Assembly: GCA_965249485.1 (NCBI GenBank)
Contig: OZ252239.1
Span: 3,488,001 to 3,552,000 of the forward strand
DNA from: a bacterium
Lineage (GTDB): Bacteria > SM23-31
Reading direction: 5' to 3'
DNA: 64,000 nt
The notes under the pieces are model-generated. The model was not told the DNA's origin. It made no database searches and saw nothing but the letters and a program-made list of their open reading frames with translations. Each line of letters starts with the position of its first letter. Position 1 is the first letter of the stretch. The position numbers were made by a program, and so were the translations under genes. Positions 42,601 to 52,994 of this stretch are shown here, piece after piece.

Positions 42601-43155
42601 ATGAAAAACCGTTGCTCCTGGTGTGGAGATAATGAGTTGTACATAAATTACCACGACAATGAATGGGGCGTCCCGGTTCATGATGACCGGATACTGTTTG
42701 AGTTCCTGCTCCTTGAGGGAATGCAGGCAGGTCTGAGTTGGCTGACGATTTTGAAAAAGCGGAATAACTTCCGAAAAGCGTTCGATGGTTTCGATCCTGA
42801 AATCATCGCACGGTACGACACCGCAAAAACCGATGCCGGAATAATCAGAAACAAACTAAAAATTGCCGCGGCAGTGCAGAACGCACAATCGTTCCTGCTA
42901 ATCAGGGAAGAATTCGGCTCGTTCGACAGGTATATCTGGCAATTCGTTAATGGTAAACCAATTCAGAATATGTGGAAAACAATGAATGATATACCCGCAA
43001 GTACGAAAGAATCAGACGAAATGAGTAAAGATTTAAAGCAGAAAGGATTCAAATTTGTGGGTACAACCATCTGTTACGCTCACATGCAGGCAACCGGCAT
43101 GGTCAACGATCATGTCGTCGACTGTTTCAGATATGATGACATTAAGAATTGGTAG
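42601..43155 (+). CDS. tag: DNA-3-methyladenine glycosylase I
   Basis: RCSW, YHDNEWG, EGMQAGLSW.TIL.KR, IIRN.LKI, GFKFVG, NDH...C. Confidence 0.95.
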   Translation: MKNRCSWCGDNELYINYHDNEWGVPVHDDRILFEFLLLEGMQAGLSWLTILKKRNNFRKAFDGFDPEIIARYDTAKTDAGIIRNKLKIAAAVQNAQSFLLIREEFGSFDRYIWQFVNGKPIQNMWKTMNDIPASTKESDEMSKDLKQKGFKFVGTTICYAHMQATGMVNDHVVDCFRYDDIKNW

Positions 43156-43163
43156 TTACTAGC

Positions 43164-43883
43164 ATGATTATTCATGAAGATTCCTACCGGGGAATCGGAA
43201 TTTCAGCAATAGTACACAAATCCCGGCTACGGAAAATTGTAAGAATTATCGGCGGCCTTAATTTCCCTGACAAGGGGAAATTGGCAGACTTTGGGTGCTC
43301 AAACGGTTATTTGCTTGAAATATTATTAGAATCATTACCGCAGATTAGTGACTTGGATCTCTTTGGATTTGACCATTCAAAGGAACTTCTTGAGGCTGCC
43401 CGAACAAAGAATTTACATACTGTTTCATTTGAACATATTGACCTTAACAATCAATCTCCAGACACAAATAAGTTATTTGATATTGTAACATGTTTTGAAA
43501 CACTGGAACATGTCGGGAATGCAGCTAATGCTCTTGACACTCTCATTGGATCATGCAAAAGCGGCGGCACTATACTCTTATCATTACCGAATGAGGTCGG
43601 AATTCAGGGATTGCTCAAATATGTGGGCAGAAAAGTATTACGAAAAAATGCCTATGGCAATTTTTTTCAAAATCATAGCGAACTGAAATATTTCTGGTGT
43701 CTGGTCACCAATAAACCAATTACTATATTCAGAACACCTGTGTCGGACGGCTGGGGACCGCATCTTGGTTTTGACTGGAAAGTAATTGTGGAACATATCA
43801 AGGCAAACAGCACATGCAAAATTTTAAAAAAACATAACTCCTTTCTCGGATTTAATTATATATTTATTATCAAAAAACTCTAA
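43164..43883 (+). CDS. Class I SAM-dependent methyltransferase
   Basis: ADFGCSNG, FDIVTCFETLEHV. Confidence 0.85.
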   Translation: MIIHEDSYRGIGISAIVHKSRLRKIVRIIGGLNFPDKGKLADFGCSNGYLLEILLESLPQISDLDLFGFDHSKELLEAARTKNLHTVSFEHIDLNNQSPDTNKLFDIVTCFETLEHVGNAANALDTLIGSCKSGGTILLSLPNEVGIQGLLKYVGRKVLRKNAYGNFFQNHSELKYFWCLVTNKPITIFRTPVSDGWGPHLGFDWKVIVEHIKANSTCKILKKHNSFLGFNYIFIIKKL

Positions 43884-43940
43884 AAATTATTCAGCACATT
43901 TCAATTACACATCGAATTAAAAATCTTCCACTAAACTATT

Positions 43941-45311
43941 TCAAGTAGTAAACAACGTTGCGACTGCATCTGCTGTTCGTTCCATTTCTTCCATTGTATT
44001 GTAAATATGGGGACATAATCTCATGCCGGGACGGACACCACCATGAACCGCACATCCTATGTTATGCTCTTCATACATCCGCTTCCGTATGCCAGCAACT
44101 TGATCTCCCGGTAACCTTAACTTCACTATAGGTGCATTGACCGATTCCATATCCGGCGCATAGAATACTATTTCCGGCACCCGTTTTCTCAACTCATTGC
44201 GGAGTGATCCGGCAAGAGCATACACCCGTTTCTCAATACGCTCAATATCGATCGTTTCAAGCATATTTACCGCAGTTTCAAATGCTGCAAATTTCGCATC
44301 ATCTTTATGCCCATATGTCTCAAATTTACGTGCAGTTCCTCCTTCGGCGGCACTTTCCCATCCTACTCCTACAACTGACGGCCAAAGACCTGCGATCTGT
44401 TCTTTCTTTACGTAGAGAAGCCCCGCCTCGCGCGGACCGGTAAGCCATTTCTGAGAACTGCTTGTATAAAAATCACACCCCATGTCATGGAGATTTGTGG
44501 CAACACATCCTGCTGATTGCGCGCCATCAACAAGAGAAAGTACATTATTTTGTTGTGCCAGCGCACACAATTCTTTCGCAGGAAACCGGATACCCGTATC
44601 ACTCGATATATCGGTTATTGCAAGTACCCGAGTTCTGTTCGAGAGAGCATCCTTGAACGGTTTTATCAATTCCTCCGAAGACTGCGGATTCGGTGGTGTG
44701 GTAACCCGCTTTACGGTAAATCCATGCCTATCTGAACGAACATCCCATGCAACATTATTCGTTGGGTGATTCTGCTCCCAAATCACAACTTCATCACCTC
44801 TTCCCAGCGTCAAACCGGTTATTATAATATTGTTCGATTCACTCGTATTTCTTGTAACAGCTATCTCGTCAGGATCGGCCCCAAGAAAGGTTGCAAGAGC
44901 CTCACGTACTTTTTCAAGATAAATCTCTACCGTCTTCCTGTTTTCATGAGAAGTGTCCTCATTAATTGATCGGACAAATTTAAATTGTCTTTCCATCACA
45001 GATATTGGTGAAGGTGTCATGTTTCCTGCATTGATAATAATAAAATTGTCTTTTATGGGGTATTGAGATTTAATCGACCGCCAAAACTGCTCATCACCGG
45101 ACGATCCCGCACTGAGTCCCGCAACTGATTCCTGTAACGACATGTTTGAGCCAGAAGACTCTCCGCATTGAATATAGGGAGCACTTAATAAGAATACTGC
45201 GCCGCCAACACCCCGTTTTAAAAAGGAACGACGGTTTGATCCTGGCTTATTCGTACTATTCTGATTAAGTACACCACTATCTTGAATGGATTTATGCATG
45301 GGATACCTCAT
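43941..45311 (-). CDS. Class V PLP aminotransferase (isopenicillin-N-epimerase / cysteine-desulfurase-like) with Tat signal
   Basis: NRRSFLK, TRNTSE, VDGAQ, SSQKW. Confidence 0.87.
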   Translation of the reverse strand: MRYPMHKSIQDSGVLNQNSTNKPGSNRRSFLKRGVGGAVFLLSAPYIQCGESSGSNMSLQESVAGLSAGSSGDEQFWRSIKSQYPIKDNFIIINAGNMTPSPISVMERQFKFVRSINEDTSHENRKTVEIYLEKVREALATFLGADPDEIAVTRNTSESNNIIITGLTLGRGDEVVIWEQNHPTNNVAWDVRSDRHGFTVKRVTTPPNPQSSEELIKPFKDALSNRTRVLAITDISSDTGIRFPAKELCALAQQNNVLSLVDGAQSAGCVATNLHDMGCDFYTSSSQKWLTGPREAGLLYVKKEQIAGLWPSVVGVGWESAAEGGTARKFETYGHKDDAKFAAFETAVNMLETIDIERIEKRVYALAGSLRNELRKRVPEIVFYAPDMESVNAPIVKLRLPGDQVAGIRKRMYEEHNIGCAVHGGVRPGMRLCPHIYNTMEEMERTADAVATLFTT

Positions 45312-45591
45312 ATTGTGAAACAGAATGTTTTTCCCATTGGTGCGTAGAATATGTGAGATTCGTGAGAATGGAATGGGTGGTAACGGAATATACTATAAAT
45401 ACTTACCGGGTACAACAGTTATTTATTAAGGAACAATTCGCGCTTTAAACAATGAAATTATCTTATGTGATAAAGAGAATTGTTCACTGTTACCATTCAT
45501 CCTCAATTGATTTGTGTTAACTACTTTAATCGACCAAATATCTGAACTTTAATTTTGCATTTTCGACAAAAATTATTATACTGTAAACCTT

Positions 45592-47487
45592 ATGATAAAG
45601 CGTGTGCAACTTCCTCTCTTAGACCCAGTTAAAATACAGCATGAATCCTTTTTCCTGCTCTTTGAGACAAGTCTTGTCGATGAAGAAAATTACAAAAGTT
45701 ATATCTTCACTAATCCGGTGGATATAATTCGGATCGATGATATTAATGATGTTCCAGCGGCATATGACCAGATTGATGATTACGCACAAAAACACTACAT
45801 TGCCGGATTTTTTACGTATGAATCGGGATACATTTTTGAAAAATCAATATTTTTGAATTCAGATGGTGTCACACCGTCTGCAAACAGATCAACTATTCGA
45901 ACGCCGTATGTTTATCTCGGAGTGTTTGAAACAGTAATCGAATTTGATCATCGCACGGGGAATTGGTCAACTCCGGAGGCAAAAAAATTCGAGCTTTCCA
46001 CAAAAGGGAATCCCTCCAGGTCAAAATCTACATATACTATTGAGAATTTAAAACCCAATATTGATAAACATGAGTATAACAAAGCTGTCAAAAAAATTCT
46101 ACATTATATTGGGGAGGGTGACACGTATCAGGTAAATTATACGTTTAAATATAATTTTTCATTCTCAGGATGTCAGTACACTTTATATGAAGAGTTGAAG
46201 AATACGCAAAATGTACCATACAGCTCTTTCCTCCATTTTGACGACTTATCAGTACTATCTTTATCTCCGGAGCTTTTCTTTCGAAGAGATGGAGATTATA
46301 TTATTGCAAAACCAATGAAGGGTACGATAAAACGCGGTAAATCAGTTCAAGAAGACGTAGAAAAGGTACACAACCTTGAAAACAGTGCAAAAGATAATGC
46401 CGAAAACACTATGATTGTCGATCTCATTCGCAATGACATTGGCCGGATTGCACTATGGAGTTCTGTTAAGGTACCCGATCTCCACACGATTGAAAAATTT
46501 CAGACACTTTTTCAGATGACTTCGACCGTTACAGCACAGCTGCTGGACAATATTTCCTATCATCAGATATTCGAGAGCCTATTTCCGTCCGGCTCGATTA
46601 CCGGTGCACCTAAAATACGAACAATGCAAATTATTCAAGAGCTTGAAAAGGAACCGAGAACTATTTATTGTGGTACAATTGGGATTATTTTTCCGGACAA
46701 AAAAGCAGTTTTCAATGTGCCGATACGAACAATTGTAATTCAGGATGATAAAGGCGAAATGGGTATCGGGAGCGGAATTATCGCTGATTCCGAGCCTGAT
46801 AATGAGTTGAATGAGTGTCACGTAAAGTCACGGTTTCTAACGCGGCGCTTTCCAACTTTCAAGCTGCTCGAAACGCTTCTGTGGGGTAATGGCTATTCCT
46901 TTTTGGATGAGCACCTGAACCGGATTGAAGAATCGGCCTTTTATTTTGACTATTACATTTCCCGAAAATATATACAAAAACGGCTCCGCCAGCTTGAAAA
47001 GTCATTCAAAGCCGGAAAGCGTTATAAAGTACGGGTGCTTCTGGACCGGGCCGGAAAAGTACATTGTGAGTATGATGTCCTCAAAATAGTTCCCGGACGA
47101 CTATCTGATACTGCTATGAACACAATAACGATTTCCGAAATCAGAATGAACAGTGACGATATTTTCCTCTATCATAAAACCGATAATAGGTCTCTCTACA
47201 ACGAAGAATACCAACATTATTCAGGACTGGGATTCTGTGAGGTTGTCTTTATGAATGAACAGGGAGAAATTACCGAAGGAGCTGTAACCAATGTATTTGT
47301 ATTAAAAGATGGTATCTACAGGACACCCCCCGTAACATCGGGTTTATTACCGGGGATCTACCGTACTCATTTCATGAATACAAATGAGGTCACTGAAGAA
47401 GTCCTTTATGAACACGACCTCTTTGAAGCGGACGGTTTGTTTATTTGTAATTCTGTACGGGGAATGCATGAAGTGATTCTACTGTAA
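45592..47487 (+). CDS. pabB: Aminodeoxychorismate synthase component I fused to ADC-lyase (PabB-PabC)
   Basis: GDTYQVN, SPELFF, PMKGT, MIVDLIRND, SITGAPK; C-terminal HKT..R, TEG..TN, GLLPG. Confidence 0.92.
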   Translation: MIKRVQLPLLDPVKIQHESFFLLFETSLVDEENYKSYIFTNPVDIIRIDDINDVPAAYDQIDDYAQKHYIAGFFTYESGYIFEKSIFLNSDGVTPSANRSTIRTPYVYLGVFETVIEFDHRTGNWSTPEAKKFELSTKGNPSRSKSTYTIENLKPNIDKHEYNKAVKKILHYIGEGDTYQVNYTFKYNFSFSGCQYTLYEELKNTQNVPYSSFLHFDDLSVLSLSPELFFRRDGDYIIAKPMKGTIKRGKSVQEDVEKVHNLENSAKDNAENTMIVDLIRNDIGRIALWSSVKVPDLHTIEKFQTLFQMTSTVTAQLLDNISYHQIFESLFPSGSITGAPKIRTMQIIQELEKEPRTIYCGTIGIIFPDKKAVFNVPIRTIVIQDDKGEMGIGSGIIADSEPDNELNECHVKSRFLTRRFPTFKLLETLLWGNGYSFLDEHLNRIEESAFYFDYYISRKYIQKRLRQLEKSFKAGKRYKVRVLLDRAGKVHCEYDVLKIVPGRLSDTAMNTITISEIRMNSDDIFLYHKTDNRSLYNEEYQHYSGLGFCEVVFMNEQGEITEGAVTNVFVLKDGIYRTPPVTSGLLPGIYRTHFMNTNEVTEEVLYEHDLFEADGLFICNSVRGMHEVILL

Positions 47488-47490
47488 TAG

Positions 47491-48618
47491 TCAATAACTC
47501 CCGCAGGAATGTTCCTCACCATCAGTTGTGACATAGTGACGCAGTTCATTCACAGAAAGACAAGAATGTACAGGAGCGATAAAAACAAAATCTCCAATTG
47601 CTGTATTGTGAAAGGTTGCTTCATCAACTTCGACAATACCATGTTCCTGATATATCTTTGAAACCGTAGAAGAATCGACAACATCACCGAGTCCTCCACC
47701 CTCCCAACTGATCAGTCTCCCGAAATAGAGGGAATTGTCACCTCTTTTAATAAAATCCTTCGATAAATGAACTGCACCACCGTAGATTACCAATTCCTTT
47801 CCAGCTTCCTGTTTTGCAACAACCGGGCAGGCAACAGCAAGGGACAGTTCTGCTCCTGTACAGGACCCGATCTCGCGTTGGGAAAGGTCATAAAAGATAA
47901 AATTTCCGGGCCGCATCTCCTCAACACCACTATAGTCTTCGATAATACTGCAGCATGGCGTATCGCCTGAGGAAATTTCAAGATTGTGAAAGCCATTTTC
48001 TGACAGCATGTCACGAACAGTGTTCATTCGATCAACCGTCTCTTTATATACCCGCTTCAATCCATCTTGCGACCGTTCATCATACGAATGACCGGCATGT
48101 GTCAATACTCCATGCAATTGACACAATTCGGCATCTCGCAGATGGCGTGAAACATCGATAATCGTTTCCGATTCGCTCCAGTCTATCCCCGCTTTATGGT
48201 GCCCGATATCGATATTGATCCACGTATTGACATTATTTTTCAACCCATCATTCAAACAGTCTGCAACCTCAACCGATTCGACGAGGACATTCAAAATGAT
48301 CTTACCGGCAAGTTCATCAATACGTCCAATCTGATGGATATTCACCGGAAATGCGATTGTAATGTCATTCCACCCGTGCTCTGCAAAGTAGTACGCCATA
48401 TCGACTGATGAGACGGTAATTTGGGAAACTCCGAATTCTCTGAACCATTCTCCGATTGTAGCCGATTGGTGGGTCTTGAAGTGGGGCCTGAGCCTGACAC
48501 CACTCTTTTGTGCTTTGTCAGCTATTTTTTTTATGTTTATAAGTGCTTTTTGCTTATCGACAATGAGTGTCGGTTTTTCAATTTGAAAGGGTAAATTCTG
48601 CAGAGAAACATTGTTCAT
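47491..48618 (-). CDS. Fold-type III PLP enzyme (D-serine dehydratase / D-threonine aldolase-like)
   Basis: LRPHFKTH, HAGHSY, GDTP, EMRPGNFIFYD, QEHG, PVHSC. Confidence 0.88.
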   Translation of the reverse strand: MNNVSLQNLPFQIEKPTLIVDKQKALINIKKIADKAQKSGVRLRPHFKTHQSATIGEWFREFGVSQITVSSVDMAYYFAEHGWNDITIAFPVNIHQIGRIDELAGKIILNVLVESVEVADCLNDGLKNNVNTWINIDIGHHKAGIDWSESETIIDVSRHLRDAELCQLHGVLTHAGHSYDERSQDGLKRVYKETVDRMNTVRDMLSENGFHNLEISSGDTPCCSIIEDYSGVEEMRPGNFIFYDLSQREIGSCTGAELSLAVACPVVAKQEAGKELVIYGGAVHLSKDFIKRGDNSLYFGRLISWEGGGLGDVVDSSTVSKIYQEHGIVEVDEATFHNTAIGDFVFIAPVHSCLSVNELRHYVTTDGEEHSCGSY

Positions 48619-48889
48619 TACTACTCCTGTATAGCTTTAAGAATAAAAAATCTGAATAGTTGCCAATCTATTGTAAGAATTTCGAATTATATCCGCAATC
48701 TGTTTTTAGTCAAAATCAGGTCGAACACCAGTATCAGGCACAATAATCAGTGAAGATAACAATATTTCGTACGATATCAATAATATAAGTAACGTGAAAA
48801 AAAATCGAATTTTTAAAAAATAATTATTACCTTCTGTTTATTATTGTAACTGTAATTCCACAATACGTCACTATAGGGGAGACATTGAG

Positions 48890-49963
48890 ATGTTTGAAAA
48901 ATTGTATAAGAGTATCACAATTACTGTTTTCGCATTGACGATTACGGTCCTTCCATTTGCTCAGGCTTCAGCACAGGACGGAGATCTCGACCTGGAACAG
49001 ACTCTTCAGCAGTTGTCGGACGTTGCTGCAAAGAATTATGTAAGACCGATATCTGATGCGATGGGTGTCAATTTGAACGGCGGATGGTTTCACCGTGCAC
49101 CTCAGGCAAAAATATTGGGATTCGACCTTGAATTCGGTATTGTCGGCATGGGAACATTTCTGGATGATGAAGACAAGTCATTTTCTGAAACCGCTCCGTG
49201 GCGGTTTACCCGCGATCAAGCAGAAGATCTGGTGTCAGGTCTCAACCCTGCGGTTCAGAATGCTGTTATTGATGAAATCCTGAGTAATGACTTCACGGTC
49301 ACAATTGCTGGTCCGACTGCAATAGGGACTGATGATGATAATGTTTCGGTTGCTTTTAGTGGCGCTACGGTTTTGGGTGAAATCATTCCTTCAGAAACAT
49401 TTGAGTTGGAAGACATTAAGGGCCTCGCTCAAGATCTCGATATTATTCCTCTCGGAGCACCGCAGCTTTCGATTGGTACTGTTCTGGGGACAATGGCAAC
49501 ATTCCGCTGGCTTCCCGAAACCGAAATTGATAAGGATATCGGCTCAATCAAGTATTTCGGATTCGGTATTCAGCATAATTTTCAGTCCTGGATTGCAACA
49601 CCACTCCCGATTGAAGTTTCACTCGGCTATTTTACTCAGAAACTCGAGTTTGGCGATATCATTGACCTCACGACAAATTCCTTCGGTCTGACGTTGAGTA
49701 AACACAATGGCGGCCGTTTCTTTAATCTTGTACCGTATGCTGGATATATGTTCGAGAGTTCCGAAATGGACGTTAAATACGACTTTGATGTTGATACTCC
49801 AACGGGAACCGAAACGCAAAGTATAGCCTTTAAACTCGATGGTATTAACGAAAACCGTACTACGGTCGGACTCAGCCTCCGGTTGGCGATTCTGAACATT
49901 AATGCCGACTATAATTTCGGCGAAAAGAATTCAGCTACCGCAGGTCTCATGATAGCATTTTAA
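48890..49963 (+). CDS. Putative outer-membrane protein (DUF6588-like)
   Basis: Signal peptide; NLNGGWFH.A, PQLSIG, FGFGIQH; amphipathic strands and a C-terminal Phe. Confidence 0.72.
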   Translation: MFEKLYKSITITVFALTITVLPFAQASAQDGDLDLEQTLQQLSDVAAKNYVRPISDAMGVNLNGGWFHRAPQAKILGFDLEFGIVGMGTFLDDEDKSFSETAPWRFTRDQAEDLVSGLNPAVQNAVIDEILSNDFTVTIAGPTAIGTDDDNVSVAFSGATVLGEIIPSETFELEDIKGLAQDLDIIPLGAPQLSIGTVLGTMATFRWLPETEIDKDIGSIKYFGFGIQHNFQSWIATPLPIEVSLGYFTQKLEFGDIIDLTTNSFGLTLSKHNGGRFFNLVPYAGYMFESSEMDVKYDFDVDTPTGTETQSIAFKLDGINENRTTVGLSLRLAILNINADYNFGEKNSATAGLMIAF

Positions 49964-49982
49964 ATTGAAATTATTTTCCATT

Positions 49983-50018
49983 AAAAAGACCGGCTCACTT
50001 ATGTGCCGGTCTTTTTTT
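49983..50018. terminator. Bidirectional rho-independent terminator
   Basis: AAAAAGACCGGC-N-GCCGGTCTTTTTTT. Confidence 0.88.
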
Positions 50019-50120
50019 ATATATTTTCAAAGTTTTGAAATTTTTGTGTTCCGTGTATAGTGCATGGGTTACAATATTAAATCCTTTAATTTTTGATGGT
50101 TTTCAATCATTACTATGGAT

Positions 50121-51512
50121 CTAATACATAAATTTAAGTACTTTTTTTACAAATGGAGTCAGCTTGCCTGAAAAATGTTTCAGAATAGCACTTTTGTTGA
50201 TTCTGCCTGCTGTCGGATATGGGTAAGTTTTGTTAAAAATATTTTTTACGTTCAGTCCGCTGCTCATCGCTAAAGAAAGTTCCTGTGACAGCTCCCCAGC
50301 ATGTTCGGCAACCATCGAACCACCAACAATTTTATTCTTCGCTATAAAGAGAATAACAAGTCCCTCCGTCGCATCGTCGACAATAGCACGGTCGTCATCC
50401 TTGAGATCGATAACAATTTTCTTATAGTCGATACCGCGCCGTTTCAGTTCATCTTCATTCAGACCGAATGTGGCTATTTCCGGTGAAGTATATGTCACCC
50501 ACGACAGATTATCGTTATTGAGCTTTTTCTTGAGTGGTGAAAAAAAGTTGTTTAGAATTACCCCTGCATGAAGTTCGGCAGCATGAGTGAACTGATACGA
50601 TCCGGCAACATCGCCGCATACATAAACATTTTTGTTTGTTGTCCGTAGATATTCATCAGCTCTTATCTTCCCGTTATCAACAGCAATTTCGGCTTTTTCA
50701 AGCTGCAAGTTTTCGATATTCAATACACGACCGATACTGATTAATACTGTATCGAAATCAATTGACTGTTCTTTGTCATCAACGGTTATTTTCAAAGTAT
50801 TGGAAGAGGTAAATTTCTGCAGCCGCGCATTGAAATGAAACTGAATTCCTTCATTCTCAAGCCTGTTCTTTAAAACTTCGGCAATTTCCGGAGCTTCCTT
50901 CGGGAGGAATTTTGAAGAGTATTCGATGATACTCACTTCAGAACCGAGACGTCTGAACGCCTGACTCAATTCCATACCAATCGGCCCACCACCGATGGTA
51001 ACGAGCCGTTTCGGGAAGTAGTCGATATCAAAAATATTTTCGTTTGTAAAATATTGAACATTCTCAATACCGGGAAGATCAAGAGAACGAGGACGCGATC
51101 CGGTGGCAATGACAATATTCTTCCCCTCGTAGACCGTATCTCCAACTTTCACCGAATTCTTACCCGCGAATTCCGCAGCACCGAGTACGACGTCCATTCC
51201 TTTTTTCCTGAAATAATCAGCATTTTCGTGTGTTCTGATTATCTCCTTTTTATCGTCGACATATTTCGTGACTTTTGTTATGTCAATTTCTCCGGAAACA
51301 GTCAACCCGAATTTTTGCACCTCTTGTGCCTCCCGCGCCATCCTCGATATATGAATAAGCGCTTTACTCGGTACACATCCGAAATTCAGACAATCACCGC
51401 CTATGCTTCTATCAGATCTGTCGATGAGCAGTGTCTTAAAGCCCGATGTGTTCATAAATCCAGCAACATTCAGACCGCCGGAACCGGCTCCGATGACGAT
51501 GATATCGTACAT
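50121..51512 (-). CDS. Pyridine nucleotide-disulfide oxidoreductase (MerA/Lpd-like, no C-terminal CC pair)
   Basis: IGAGSGG, GGDCLNFGCVPSK, IGGGPIG, FTHAA, YPYPT. Confidence 0.9.
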   Translation of the reverse strand: MYDIIVIGAGSGGLNVAGFMNTSGFKTLLIDRSDRSIGGDCLNFGCVPSKALIHISRMAREAQEVQKFGLTVSGEIDITKVTKYVDDKKEIIRTHENADYFRKKGMDVVLGAAEFAGKNSVKVGDTVYEGKNIVIATGSRPRSLDLPGIENVQYFTNENIFDIDYFPKRLVTIGGGPIGMELSQAFRRLGSEVSIIEYSSKFLPKEAPEIAEVLKNRLENEGIQFHFNARLQKFTSSNTLKITVDDKEQSIDFDTVLISIGRVLNIENLQLEKAEIAVDNGKIRADEYLRTTNKNVYVCGDVAGSYQFTHAAELHAGVILNNFFSPLKKKLNNDNLSWVTYTSPEIATFGLNEDELKRRGIDYKKIVIDLKDDDRAIVDDATEGLVILFIAKNKIVGGSMVAEHAGELSQELSLAMSSGLNVKNIFNKTYPYPTAGRINKSAILKHFSGKLTPFVKKVLKFMY

Positions 51513-51530
51513 ATTCTTCTCCAGATTAAA

Positions 51531-52223
51531 TTATTGAGAAATCTCTTTACTCTTCGTTTTCTTGAATTTTTTATAGAAATACGGGACAAACATAAGCAGA
51601 AAAAAAGCTGCAAGTGCTATAAAAAATTTTGCGGACAACGGGTTTTCAAGACTTGATCCAAGATACGTAGTAAAAAATCCGCCCGGCAGCATTCCGAGGA
51701 ATGATGCGGCAATATAATCTTTTAATTTTACTTTGCTCAATCCGCATCCGTAATTAACAACATCAAACGGTGGAATACCGATTAGACGCATGGGCAATAC
51801 AACAAGAAATCCTTTTTCAGCAACCTTTTCGCTGAATTTTTCAAGCGTACCCGACCGCATGCCGGGAATCATTTGTAGGAATTCTCCACCGAAATAGCGG
51901 GCAAACAAAAAGGACGCGGTTGCCCCCAGCGTTGCTCCGGTAACATTGAGCAACCATCCCCAAAGCGCCCCGAATGCCAGACCACTTGCGAGTGATACGA
52001 CAAAAACCGGCATAAATAGCAAAACACTACGGAGTATGTAAATCGTTAAAAAAACAATAGGTGCATATATACCGAATCCGAGGATGAAATTTTTAACATT
52101 TGTCGGCGTAAAATGAGAGAAGTTAAGTGGTGTAAAATAGAACGCTGATACGACGCCACCGATAATAAGGGCAAGTACCGCCAGTTTGCGTATTTTGCTT
52201 TTTCCGTCCTTTTGTTCACTCAT
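51531..52223 (-). CDS. TVP38/TMEM64 (DedA/VTT) membrane protein
   Basis: ASGLAFG, GAT.SF..ARYFG, RL...PFDVVNY..GLS, GMLPG. Confidence 0.88.
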   Translation of the reverse strand: MSEQKDGKSKIRKLAVLALIIGGVVSAFYFTPLNFSHFTPTNVKNFILGFGIYAPIVFLTIYILRSVLLFMPVFVVSLASGLAFGALWGWLLNVTGATLGATASFLFARYFGGEFLQMIPGMRSGTLEKFSEKVAEKGFLVVLPMRLIGIPPFDVVNYGCGLSKVKLKDYIAASFLGMLPGGFFTTYLGSSLENPLSAKFFIALAAFFLLMFVPYFYKKFKKTKSKEISQ

Positions 52224-52259
52224 AATCAAAACCTTTGGATTAAATTGCTAAATCTTTAT

Positions 52260-52976
52260 CTATTTTCTATCATTCACACTATGTGAAAATTGATGTTTTC
52301 TGTGAGAATCCACCTGATACTTTTCAAAATAATTCAGTGTATTGAGCATGTTGGCAGCAATGCCGTCACAACTTTCCTGAATGAACCGCTTTAGATCATC
52401 ATACGTATCAATATCGTATTTTATTTCAAGGGTACAGGACTGTAGACTGAGAGAGTGAAGAATCCGATTTGTCTGCGAAAACACTTGCTCGCTGCTCCAT
52501 GAAATATTGTTGAACAACTCGGGAATCATTCTCGACAATCCGATTAAATAATATCCACCGTCCTCTGTCGGACCTACAACTGCGTCATTTGAATCAAGAT
52601 CCCGAAAAGCATTACCAATATCTTGTTCCGACAGAATGAGACAATCAGCGCCGATTGCCGCAACATTTTTATAACCTTCATTGAACTGTTCATCGAATGC
52701 ACCTGTAAGCCGTTCTGACAATTCTCCTTCATGCTGCGCTTTAAGGGTTATCCGGCTGGTAAGCCACTCCTGAAAGGCCTCCTCCTTTGTTTCCGGAGTG
52801 AAATATACAATGGTGTCGAATTTACTCGAATTACATACTGAATCGCAGATATCCTCGACCATTGCTCTATATAATCCTGCCGCATGTTCATACGAGATTT
52901 CCGGATATAAGCGTGTCTTGACTTGTTTCGGTTCGGGATATTTTGCGAAAATAAGGAGTGCATTTGGTGATGTCAT
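52260..52976 (-). CDS. TIGR04282-type (DUF2064) transferase
   Basis: FAKYP....VKTRL, IGADC, VGPTEDGGYYLIG, DIDT..DL. Confidence 0.88.
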   Translation of the reverse strand: MTSPNALLIFAKYPEPKQVKTRLYPEISYEHAAGLYRAMVEDICDSVCNSSKFDTIVYFTPETKEEAFQEWLTSRITLKAQHEGELSERLTGAFDEQFNEGYKNVAAIGADCLILSEQDIGNAFRDLDSNDAVVGPTEDGGYYLIGLSRMIPELFNNISWSSEQVFSQTNRILHSLSLQSCTLEIKYDIDTYDDLKRFIQESCDGIAANMLNTLNYFEKYQVDSHRKHQFSHSVNDRK

Positions 52977-52994
52977 AAAATTTTTCTGCTTGTT

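Noticed and set aside
50121..51512. Mercuric reductase merA
   Set aside because: No C-terminal Cys-Cys pair and no mer genes nearby.
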